DNA of 62,924 nucleotides, filler included, from Asterionella formosa (taxonomy: Eukaryota): assembly GCA_002256025.1 (NCBI GenBank). It is 16 parts of 16 records of this genome, joined end to end, with 100 filler letters (N's around TTAATTAATTAA, not from the genome) between each part and the next. Parts side by side here need not be neighbours in the genome. Positions count along the whole stretch, not along the records: positions 1 to 16,141 come from NKIB01005081.1; positions 16,242 to 32,372 come from NKIB01005082.1; 14 more parts are not named here. The stretch is one strand, 5' to 3'. Shown here piece after piece: positions 11,660 to 21,797 of this stretch. The position numbers were made by a program, and so were the translations under genes. Every line of letters begins with the position of its first letter. Position 1 is the first letter of the stretch. Below the pieces are notes generated by a model that was not told the origin of the DNA, did no database searches, and saw only the letters and a list, made by a program, of their open reading frames with translations.

Positions 11660-12307
11660 CTACTAGTCTTTGTACCACTCGTATTGTTATCAATATCATT
11701 GTCGTCAACAACAACAACAACAACAACAACAACAGTCCATGCCTTTGGAACAGTAAGCCAGAGACCAATGGTGATACGACCCTTGAAAAGAAATCATCCT
11801 ATCCATATTCTGAAACTGTCATCCTCCTCCTCCAAGACTAGTAAAAATAATAATGACAGTGATGATGAATCATGGCCATTTTTACAAAAATATAACAAGG
11901 GAAGAGTGGGAGGACGACGAAATAAACAAGGAAAACCTCGTCGTAACAACAAAAAATCATCCTTATGGTCATCAGCTGCCAGTATTATTCCAATCATGAT
12001 TATTTCCATTTGGATTCTCCTCAAATCTTTCCTTGGTGGGGGAGAATCAACAAAGGGCAATTATTATTATTATCAGAGTAGTGTTTATGAAAGTCAAATT
12101 CTTGGGACCAATGGCAAAGAACAAAAGATTAGGAAAGAAAGTATTCGAACCAATGTACCATCAAGTCTCATGATAAAGACGGAACAGCAACAACGTCCAG
12201 GAGTATCAACATACGATAACTCAAGACTCAGCGATCAAGAGTTCGACAAGGAGTTGAGTGACATGATTCAAGGTCAAACGAGGGCATTCTTCAACGAGTT
12301 CTTTTAA
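11660..12307 (+). CDS. Putative plastid-targeted small membrane protein, 5' end in gap
   Basis: Frame open from the gap edge: LLVFVPLVLLSISLSS-(T)9-VHA/F (signal peptide + ASAF-like cleavage), basic Ser-rich transit peptide, one TM (IIPIMIISIWILL); (ACA)9 microsatellite at 11708-11734. Confidence 0.65.
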   Translation, partial: LLVFVPLVLLSISLSSTTTTTTTTTVHAFGTVSQRPMVIRPLKRNHPIHILKLSSSSSKTSKNNNDSDDESWPFLQKYNKGRVGGRRNKQGKPRRNNKKSSLWSSAASIIPIMIISIWILLKSFLGGGESTKGNYYYYQSSVYESQILGTNGKEQKIRKESIRTNVPSSLMIKTEQQQRPGVSTYDNSRLSDQEFDKELSDMIQGQTRAFFNEFF

Positions 12308-12449
12308 GAAACGAAATATCCACCATGCATTCATCATATTTAGAAAATACTCCATACGATATCTAGGACATTCGTGGCAACGACATGATGTTCCTAAGTT
12401 CGTCCATCCCATACGTAGCTAATACTATAGAAATGGCTTCTTATCATTC

Positions 12450-14860
12450 CTAAATTACCTTTTTAGTTCGAATGCCTGTTTTCTTTAATGCCATTGTGGT
12501 ATCAACATTTCCATCAACAGATTCTAGGTCAAGAGTGTTGAATGCACTTTGTCCTTTTGGACTTGACCTGGCTTTTGCATCTTTACTCTTTGTCCTTGTT
12601 ATAATTGTTTTCACAGTCAGTGATAGTTTCCTGTAAAAATTATTTTGGTGATGAGAGGAAAATAACTAGAGGAGTTGCGTGACATTACCAAAGTGTTCTT
12701 TACATACCATTTTTCATGCGCCACATCTGTTGCTCGAAAGAAATAATTTGGCAAATCATCGGGAATGGTAAGACCATGTTCAAGAATGACAGCACAACGA
12801 GGCTTTATCCTATTTTCCAAGTTCTGACGAAGGCAGTCTGGCATCACATTCAGCAACATACGGAGTCGTTTTGGAGATAACCCAACATCATTTCGAAAAT
12901 ACTCAATCTTTTCCCGAAGATTGCCATCCAATTTCAATGTCAGTATCTGTGGCCGGGTACTGAACAATTTTCTCATCTCAGCAGTAGACATTCCTATCTC
13001 ATGACGGAAAAAATCAAACTTGGGCTGCAAATTCTCTTCCACAGAGTTGGTGAGAATGTCCGGCATCCCAGCCAATACATCAATAGCAATCTTTTCATGG
13101 CCATTGTCAGCCGTTCGTTTCATGGGCAACCCAAGTTCCACAGAAATTTGTTTCACTTTTTTGACAAGTAGCTCCAGACTATAAGTCAACACTTCGGACC
13201 TTCGATATGCGATTTTACCCAAATGTACCGCATCACCTCCTACTTGTACCAAATAAAGAAGTGCGACGGGAACTTGGTCAGATAACAATAATTCCGGTTG
13301 TTTCAACAAAATTTCCTTGGCACGCAAATGTTGGATCCGATCGGCCTCTTGGGGGGTTGGCGCTTCTGCTGCCAGTACTCCACGTCGATCAATACTTCGT
13401 AGGCCCTGACCCAATAGCCCAGTTGTCCATTCGGAAATTCGTTCTTCTATTCTGTCAACTGTCAAGAGCCTGGGAACTTTTTTAATCATTGCCCCTATTT
13501 CAGTATCGGATAATTGTAGTTGACCTTGGAGTAGAGATGTGGTTGTCTTCATGACTTCCAAGCTAGTTACAAGGAACGATGGATGTTTGAGTATTATTTT
13601 CTTGAGAGTGGGTGTATTTATAAATTGTTGAAGGTGTGTCAACTTTGATTTTAAATCCATTCGGTCCAGTTGCAACAAATGATCGTGCTTGGTCATAATT
13701 TGATCCAGTGACATTTGTAACTCGCCTTGCAAAACTTGAATTGTACTGTGGAGTGTCACTTCCGGATCCTCCAAAAGAACTCGTACCATCATTGTGGGGT
13801 GCCTTTGCATCAGAGACATAACTTTTGCTGGTTTTAGGTTCAAATCTGTTGACAGGAAAAGTAATCGTGTCGTTAATGAAGGAATGTCAGTAAATAACTG
13901 GGGAAAATCATTTAACCAGCACATGGCAGTGGCCAAGTCCATCCCCAAATGGGATTGTAATGCAAGAAGTGCCCTATCTCGTTTCATCAAGAGTGGATCT
14001 GCTGTTTGCAAGGTGTCTTGCGCCTCCAACTCCTGTTCCTCCTTGGACCATTCCAATTCATCTGACAGTGCCCGAATATATGCCTTGACTTCTTCTGGAT
14101 TTTTATTTCTTTGTGGTGTATCCGTCAACAAATCCGAGTGCTTGCGTATCAGTTGCTGAAGCTGAGGTACTTGAAAGTACTGTTTAAGATAATGTAACTT
14201 CTCCTTGAGATCCAAACGATCCATGGATAGTACCATTTGTTGTTGTTGTTGTTGAGAAATTTCTGATAGTGTCATGTGCAATTCCCTTTGTAGTACCTCT
14301 GCTGTACTGATCAAACTTCGTTCTGGATCTTCCAACATAACCTTGAGCATCATGGTTGGGTGTGTCAGCATCATGCGTCGGAGCTTTGCCTTTGAAATGT
14401 GCAGCTCGGCCAAAAGATAGTGAAGCCGACTTGCCAGCGATGAAATATCTTTGTAGAATTGTGGATATTTGTCAACAAGATTGGCAGCCTCTACAATGGT
14501 CATATCGAGATTGGTGTAGAGTGCCAATAGAGCACGATCTCGCTTTTGAATGATTGGGTCGATTGGAGCCATAATACCAAGTAACTCGTCGTCGCCGTCG
14601 GAACTGCTATTTATTATCTGATCCACAATTAGCATGCCGTCAGTATTCCGATAGGCATGAGGCTTCTTCTTGATGGCTTCTCTCTTAAACTCCCCTAGTG
14701 CTGTAGTAGTAGTGCTGCTTGGCAATTCCCTTCGTGTGATGGATGCTTGGGTCGTCTGATACTGGAAAGCATCAGATGAGGAGCATGTTGACGACGAGTC
14801 GAGCGCAAAACTGAAAAGGCTAATGTTGAACAATAACGGCAGACGACAGAATTTCCTCAT
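12450..14860 (-). CDS. mTERF-family protein, probably plastid-targeted; exons 14860-12708 and 12630-12450
   Basis: mTERF repeats (MPDILTNSVEENLQPKFDFF, RPQILTLKLDGNLREKIEYF, MPDCLRQNLENRIKPR); signal peptide with SDA/F; predicted 77-bp intron 12631-12707 (GTATGT...TTTACAG) whose removal gives an open last exon ending TAG at 12450-12452. Confidence 0.85.
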
Positions 14861-14935
14861 GGCGCTGCATGCCTTCTTTCTGAAATTGATTGATATTGAT
14901 TGCGTCTGATGAATATGGTTTTGTCTTTTGTTAAA

Positions 14936-14997
14936 GGAATAAGGCCGGACGCAGAGAGTTGACGATGGAATAAGGCCGGAAGCAGAGAGTTGACGAT
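14936..14997. repeat. 31-bp tandem duplication upstream of mTERF
   Basis: GGAATAAGGCCGGA(C/A)GCAGAGAGTTGACGAT twice, one mismatch. Confidence 0.9.
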
Positions 14998-15489
14998 CTT
15001 GTTTGTGATCAAATTCGCTCCGAGAGGAAAAAATAAGTCAGAGTGTGTCTGTTAGGCTGTTGATGTCGGTAAGTGTCCGACCTAGTCTGAGGAATGTCGA
15101 AACGGAAATACCATTAGACAGGATTTATATACCGGTAACAGAATAATATGCAGACAAGAGGCGCGAGAAAGATCTTGACCGGTCATTCCAGGGCAGTACC
15201 GGGACTGGAGCGCGATTGAGTAGGCGCCATATATTTCAACAAAAATGGACATGCTAAGAGGCTACGTATGTACCAGGTGCCGGTATGACAAAACTTGTTA
15301 TCGTTGAGCTTTTGGGCGATTGGTCATCATCCCACCTTGTGTGTCTCGCCAGAGGAAGGTACGGTACGGTACGGTAATCGAGATATTTAGCTTAATCTTT
15401 TTAAGTAAAAAATGTAATCACAGAAAAGCAAGGTTGACCCTACCCTACAATTTTGGCCCTTAAACTTCCTAATAGAGACTCTGCTGAGA

Positions 15490-16025
15490 ATTGGGATGAG
15501 TTCTACCCAGATACTGAGGAAGGAATGACACCAGCACCCAACAAACATTATGCCAGTACCCAGTAAGGGAAATCATGAGAGGATTACTGTATTTGTCAAT
15601 GTTGACCATGGGAAAGATCAGCCCAATTAACTAGACGATTGACCACCAGGATCGTTTTATTCATTGACAAAACTCCAGTTAAAAGAGTGTTGAAATGACA
15701 GACAACTGTTAAATTGGGGAAGGGTGTCAGAGCTTCTTTTTATGGCCAGGGTTGCAACTGTTGGTTATTGCAATGTGAGTGAGATAACCTGCTAATGATG
15801 TTACTAGGACCTGTTGATGGCCCTACGACCCAAATGTTTGGGGACAACAACATGAGTGTGGTCTTGAATACAACCATGCCTTCAAGTATGCTCAAGAAGA
15901 AGCATAATGCCAGAGCATATAATGGTCCAAGCTAGGGAAGCAATTGCTGGAGGTGTAGTGCGATTTCAACATATTCACTCTGAAGAGAATTTGGGAGCAG
16001 ACCTTTTGTCCAAAACTCTCTTGGG
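15490..16025 (+). mobile_element. Decayed Ty1/Copia RNase H remnant
   Basis: Frameshifted translations give WDEFYPDTEE, ITVFVNVDH, LFIDKTPV, MSVVLNTTMPSSMLKKKHNA, REAIAGGVVRFQHIHSEEN..ADLLSK, typical of the Copia pol C-terminus. Confidence 0.85.
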
Positions 16026-16141
16026 TATACAAATTTGCTGGTGCGACCTTCTTTGTTCCATGTACCATGTTATATCAAGGAGTTGCATACATGAGGAGCA
16101 CTTTGCAAACCATGCAACTCACACAGCACATACACAACTAC

Positions 16142-16241
16142 NNNNNNNNNNNNNNNNNNNNNNNNNNNNNNNNNNNNNNNNNNNNTTAATTAATTAANNN
16201 NNNNNNNNNNNNNNNNNNNNNNNNNNNNNNNNNNNNNNNNN
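16142..16241. other. Artificial contig-joining spacer N44-TTAATTAATTAA-N44 (15 copies starting at 16142, 32373, 33475, 34577, 35679, 36781, 37883, 38985, 55218, 56319, 57420, 58521, 59622, 60723, 61824)
   Basis: Identical 100-bp units; TTAATTAATTAA places a stop in all six frames. Confidence 0.98.
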
Positions 16242-16884
16242 TAGCTTTGTCTACTCTTATTAGGCAATTTCTACTAGTCTAGTACAAATTACCGTACTGC
16301 TCTATACTTTTGTCCCGCGTGTACAAGCGTGAGGATTGAAGACAATGCATGTGAATTCCCATGAATTCTCGATTGCGAGACGACCAATTCGAACCAACTG
16401 TACTACAGGTGTACGAACATACTTCTGTAAGTCGACCGAATGTCCGGAGTCGTGATCGAGCATTGCTGCAGCAATAGCTCAGGTCGGCTTCTTAAGCCGA
16501 AGACGCCAGTCGAAATTATGCACATCCAGTGCCCACTTTCTTGTCATACGCTCGCGAATTTATGGTCATCAGGTCGCAATGATCCCATTGCGGTCCTGAC
16601 GTTTCTTTGTGGTTCCTCAAACTCGTTTGTTTCTTTTCCATCCCACCCTCCCTGCAAGTCCGAGTTTTCGAGCCTCAAAGGCGCGACTAGAAATTTAGCC
16701 TGCCTTTGATACTGGCGAGTACTAAGCTAAAGCTTCGTTTCTCCCATACTCAGATATAGCTTTGTCTACTCTTATTAGGCAATTTCTACTAGTCTAGTAC
16801 AAATTACCGTACTGCTCTATACTTTTGTCCCGCGTGTACAAGCGTGAGGATTGAAGACAATGCATGTGAATTCCCATGAATTCT
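16242..16884. repeat. 128-bp perfect direct repeat (16242-16369 and 16757-16884), period 515 bp, truncated by the scaffold edge
   Basis: TAGCTTTGTCTACTC...CCCATGAATTCT occurs twice; followed by a TA-rich tract. Confidence 0.9.
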
Positions 16885-16999
16885 GATTTTTTAATATATG
16901 TATATTTATATATATATGATGTATTATGCAAATGATATATGTATGTATATAATGATGATTACCGGGTTGGTTCAGTCCGAATAATAGTTGTTGTGCACA

Positions 17000-18340
17000 A
17001 TGACCATCATGCCGCTGTTGAATGCATTCCTAATTCTTGCTCTAATAGTAGTCTGCTCGAGTTCTGCCCGCGCACAAGTCCATGAGGTCCAACTGACAAC
17101 GACTCTCTCCAATCACAACGAATTTCCTCTCGTAGGTCTCGGAGTTGGAAATCTCGAACATGATTTAATTAATGACCAGATCTTCAAAGGCCTGGAAAAG
17201 CATCGAAATTATCGTTTGGTCGACACTGCTCATGCCAGCAAGAATGAACATCTCGTGCGAGACGCCATTAAATCTGGTAGCCTTCTCATATCGAAGGATG
17301 AGATTGTGCACGTAGTGACTAAAATTTGGTACACTCATCTGGGATATGAAAGGACGATGATTGCTGTCAAGGAATCCATGAGAAACCTCGACAATCCTAA
17401 CATTCGTGTGACAATTTTAATCCACTGGCCATACTGTCGCGACGATATTGTTTGGATGGATTGTGAAAAGGAAGAAGATGAACTTTCACAAGCAGTTAAA
17501 GACGCTGGTCAAGCTCCCCATCTGGACAAGGACAATGCATACAAGGAATCTTGGAGAGCTCTGGAAGACATTGTTTTGGGCAAAGCTAGCTTAGGCGACG
17601 TGGGTAAGGCCAAGCTCGAAAACATTGGATTGTCCAACTTTGAAGACAAGGAACTCAGTGAACTCCTTCAAATTGCTCGCATTAAGCCACATATACTCCA
17701 GGACAATGTGTGGAATTACATCTTTGATCCTTTTTTGATGCAACTTGTCCATGATCACAACATTCATTTCCAAGTCTACAACGTTATGGCAGGGATTCTT
17801 GAGGCTGACCAACAAAATGCGTCTCCCCGGGCCTATCAACAGCTGAAAATCCTTGCAAACAAACTAACCCAACAGAACAACGATGCTGGTTTACAGACCG
17901 AAGTCATCCATCCGTCGCAAGTGGTAATGGCATGGTTGGCGCAAAACGACGTTTCAGTCGTTGCTCGAACTTCGAACTTGTACCATCTCACTATGAATTC
18001 TCCCGCTGCCATAGCCAAGGTCCCAAAATTGACAACACGACATAACGAACAAATAAAGGCGGCGGTTGCGGCATTACTTCGCAGAGAACAAGATCTTAAA
18101 CAACCAAAAGTTAACTTCCGGAACAAGCATACCGAGGACGTGCACTTTTACTGGAAAGATATTGACAATAGAGGGAAGGAAAGTCCTGTCAGTGGTCACA
18201 TCAAACCTGGAGAAGAATGGGAGACTGACACCTATTTCGGTCATGTATTTGTGGCGTACAACGGCGACAAGTCAAAGCGCAAGGAGTTTACTATTGGTGC
18301 TTTATTCGGCGAACAAGACGGTTTCGAGATTGAGTTATAG
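17000..18340 (+). CDS. Secretory-pathway aldo-keto reductase-like protein with C-terminal VHL-beta-like domain
   Basis: Signal peptide (LLNAFLILALIVVCSSSARA); AKR motifs FPLVGLG, LVDTA, VVTKIW, LIHWP, SWRALE, NIGLSNF; C-terminal VNFRN..VHFYW..IKPGE..DTYFGHVF; ends FEIEL. Confidence 0.85.
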   Translation: MTIMPLLNAFLILALIVVCSSSARAQVHEVQLTTTLSNHNEFPLVGLGVGNLEHDLINDQIFKGLEKHRNYRLVDTAHASKNEHLVRDAIKSGSLLISKDEIVHVVTKIWYTHLGYERTMIAVKESMRNLDNPNIRVTILIHWPYCRDDIVWMDCEKEEDELSQAVKDAGQAPHLDKDNAYKESWRALEDIVLGKASLGDVGKAKLENIGLSNFEDKELSELLQIARIKPHILQDNVWNYIFDPFLMQLVHDHNIHFQVYNVMAGILEADQQNASPRAYQQLKILANKLTQQNNDAGLQTEVIHPSQVVMAWLAQNDVSVVARTSNLYHLTMNSPAAIAKVPKLTTRHNEQIKAAVAALLRREQDLKQPKVNFRNKHTEDVHFYWKDIDNRGKESPVSGHIKPGEEWETDTYFGHVFVAYNGDKSKRKEFTIGALFGEQDGFEIEL

Positions 18341-18379
18341 GAACAGTAACTGAAACAAGCATAAATTGAAAATTCTTTA

Positions 18380-21162
18380 TTATGAAGGGCATAATCCGTA
18401 GAGGATCGCATGTAATCGCCTCATCGAGCTACCTTTCACATAGTGAAACGCGACGGAATGCTTTGCACAATGTTCCTTTCCAAACTTAATGTCAATCGAG
18501 TATTTAGGATACCAATCCTTACATGAGGCGGCAAATGGATCAGGCTTGCAATTGGCGGGGACTTGATAGGTAAGGTGATGACCAGGCATGAAGGGCATAT
18601 ACCTCTCCCCACCTTCTTCGTCCTTGGTGTCATATGGGTAAACGCCGAACTTTCTGAATATTTTGGCTGTCATGGTGTCTTCCGAGAATGTGTGGGCATG
18701 TGGAAAATACTGCTTGAGCCCCTTGACGACCAACGTTTTGAGAGCAGCCTTGTTTAAGGTGTAACCAGCACCACCCGAGTTAAAAATATCATTTCGATCT
18801 CCCATGTAAGAGAATCTACGACCCAAGAACAAAGGTGTCTGCTCCGTTTCATTTCCATGAGGCAAATAGATGCCGCCATTTTGTGCTACTTGAATCTCTT
18901 CACTTTCCAGGTACAAACGTAAATTCTCTACCAGCAAGTACAAATCGTCCCCACCAACATGGAACCAATCATACTTTTCATAATAGTTGTCGTAAATATA
19001 GGACCACATTGAGCGCACCTTCTGCCATATATTATTGTATTCTTCTGGACCCTCGTGCAGAATATTGACAGCTCCGATAGACTCATCCGTCTTATTGGAA
19101 CCGACCATGAAGCCATCGCATTTCTGGCCCCACGTCTCTCGTATGCCTGGGATATTGTCATGACCCTTGTCAATCGTATAGACCAAGCAGAAAATCTTGG
19201 CACGTGGCTTTCCTGTTTTGTCTGCGGCAGCATGAGATGCAATATCCACACTGACACGTTCGGTCAACATGATGTAGTGAGAATCTTTGTTTTTGCATGC
19301 GACTTCCAGGTTATCAAATTTATAAGCAGGTGGGTTCCTGAATAATGTAGTCTCGTCGAGGATATATCCGAGAACACCGTTTGCGTCTGTTGCACCCATG
19401 TGAGGATGATCCTTATGCCCTTCACTAGCATCTTCAAAGGAAATATCAATTGGCTGGGCCTTGCCAACAATATCCTGACGATCCGTCGAAAGTGGCTTGG
19501 ATGGAAGCTTGCCTTGTTCCTCACGAGGTGGAGGCAATGCGTCAGCTTCGGGCTCTTTCCCTTCAATTTGAGGTACTTCCAATGGTTTATCGGGCGCAGC
19601 CAACTCATCTATTTGAACCGCCTTTTTTTCCTTTGTAACAGCTAATTTTCCCTTTTCCGGTGCCTGGTTCGTTGATTCCATCCCCTCTGATTTTTTCTTT
19701 TCTGGTTCCTTTTTTGGTGATTCGACTAAAACGTCTTCGTCCTCCTCCACTCCACGTCCTTCCAAGCTCATATTGACTTCATTAGCGAACCAAGAAAAGG
19801 AGCGGCAACGTTTGCTCATACCGTCTGGAAAGGTCAGTCCTGATTTTGCTTCCGACATAAATGTTTCCCATTCTAATCTGGAAATCTTGGTCTTTTTCCG
19901 AATCGCACGATAGACCTTCTTTGAATATGCCTCGTCCATCCAGGCGGCGGCGAAGCGTGCCGCCATCTTGACAGAGAGCGTCGGGGGATTGATGGGAGTT
20001 TCACTGTTCACCGTTACCTCGGATAGTACATCGATGCCATCGGCGCACAGCCACAAATTTAATGACAAATCCAAATTGGCAGCCCATTCGTCAGTCAGGG
20101 CCAAATCTTGGGCAGGCAGTAAAACGTATGTTTCCAATCTCATGGCTGTGGCTTCACCGCCCACTGCTGGAGTAGGAAACGATAATCCATCCGATAAAGC
20201 CATAGCGGATGCCACAGGGTCTTCTCTGACCTGTGTAAAAGTGAAATCAAATGAAACTGCCTTGGTATCCTTAGCCCCTTCCAATCCAAAACTGACAGCA
20301 TTGGCCAATTTCATAGAAACAGTCTGGTCTTCAACACCCAACAATGGAGGAGCGACAATCAAGGCGGAAGTGACCGAAGCCAACCACTTTCGTGACTCCA
20401 AATTGGCCCCAGACTTCATAAGCAAGAGTATCAAGTCTTCTTCGGGACTTTTGAGTCCAGCCTGTTCGTGTTTCTTAGCAAGAAGGGAAATGAAATCTAC
20501 GGCATCACTCCGACTTGCTGCTATCCCCTGCTTTTCGTTCGAATTCATCAGATGAATCTTTTTTGTATGTGCTTCAACCTGCTCTTCACCTGGCTTGTGC
20601 ATGTCGGGGCGGAGGCCGTGCCAATGCGGAACAGATCCCTTGTCAATGGCTTCCAACTCTGCGGCGAGTTGTGAAGTGGAGGCGACCCCGTCCAGGACGG
20701 CGCAGACAATAAAGAGTCTATCTAGGTCTGTGTTACTGCTCGATGTCGAATGACATTGTTAGCGTTTGTTTCAGCAGTCAAGTCTCGTCAAAGCGCCGAA
20801 ATGGCAGCTCTGGTTGTATCTGAACGGAATCCTTACCTAAATACGCTCTTGACAGTACTTAAAATCTGTTTTTCGTCGTCGCCCACCACAATCACAGCCA
20901 CTCTCGGATGCGTAGGTCCATATCCCATTATATCCACTCTATCAAGAAACTTGCGAAAGGAGAGGCCCGGATTGACCACTCTCACTGGCGCACTTCCATC
21001 TGAGGTCGTGTTGGGAGGTGGCGTTGTAAAGCCGTAGTACACTAGCATAAACAAGGGCCACAAGCAGGCGATCGACAGAAGCAGACGAGACGAGTCACCG
21101 CCACCCGCTCCTGCCTTGCCATACCTTCGACGAAGATATGATGGTGCAGAGGGGGTCACCAT
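18380..21162 (-). CDS. Type II membrane glycosyltransferase fusion: degenerate GT27 (ppGalNAc-T-like) domain + GT31 core-1 beta-1,3-galactosyltransferase (C1GALT1-like); exons 21162-20837 and 20735-18380
   Basis: 101-bp intron 20736-20836 (GTAAGG...CTAAC...GCAG) splices in frame (SVF-S-NTDLDRL). GT31 motifs IFCLVYT, ETWGQKCD, WQKVRSMWSYIY, YDWFHVGGDDLY, VENLR, SGGAGY, ED, VAFHY; GT27-like motifs listed under findings. Confidence 0.85.
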
Positions 21163-21797
21163 GGTCAACAAATTGGTGGTCGTTCTTTGTAGAGCAAACA
21201 CAGAGACTCAGTCATTGTTGTCGTCAAATGAGTCGGGACTGAACTAGTTGATACCTAATGAATCAATTGACTTGCTCGACCTTGCGACGACGTCATTTCG
21301 TTCCATTCGCCTGGTCGTCTGCGCTTTCCAACTTGATATGTATCTTTCGCCACTAACGCTTCAAAGTGCATATCTGTAAATATATGTTCGGATTTTCACT
21401 CTCACAATATTCTTCGCTGCTATTTACCGGTTCAGATGTACCGAGAGGTGCTTCCAGTGTACGTAGATGGCTAAATTGATGGTCGTACATATGTATGATA
21501 TTTGTACATAGCTACACAACAACACTTCCCTTGATCTGTTCGACGAGCATGCCACAGATTGAACATCAGGGGATTCTCCACTTCTCTACATGCTCCCACG
21601 TCTGCAAGTGGAACTTCGTACCGCCACTTTGAGTTGTTTCCCCTCCGCCTTGGCCAATCTCATCAGCGCATCGTTCTCGTCATCATAGTGAGAGTACAGT
21701 ATACGGTAGTCAAACTGGTTCCGTTCCGGAGAAACATAATACGACCGAGCACCTTATTTGAGCAAACATACCGGCAGCACTGCAGCAAGCCATAGTA

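Noticed and set aside
16530..16610. Hammerhead ribozyme on the minus strand (GAAAC-GTC ... CTGATGA ... GAAA)
   Set aside because: Core words are present but stem II does not close in any topology I tried, and CTGA is sequestered in the adjacent hairpin; only an Infernal search could revive it
19968..20555. 195-aa plus-strand ORF and similar antisense ORFs inside real genes
   Set aside because: Shadow frames of the opposite-strand CDS with no recognisable motifs
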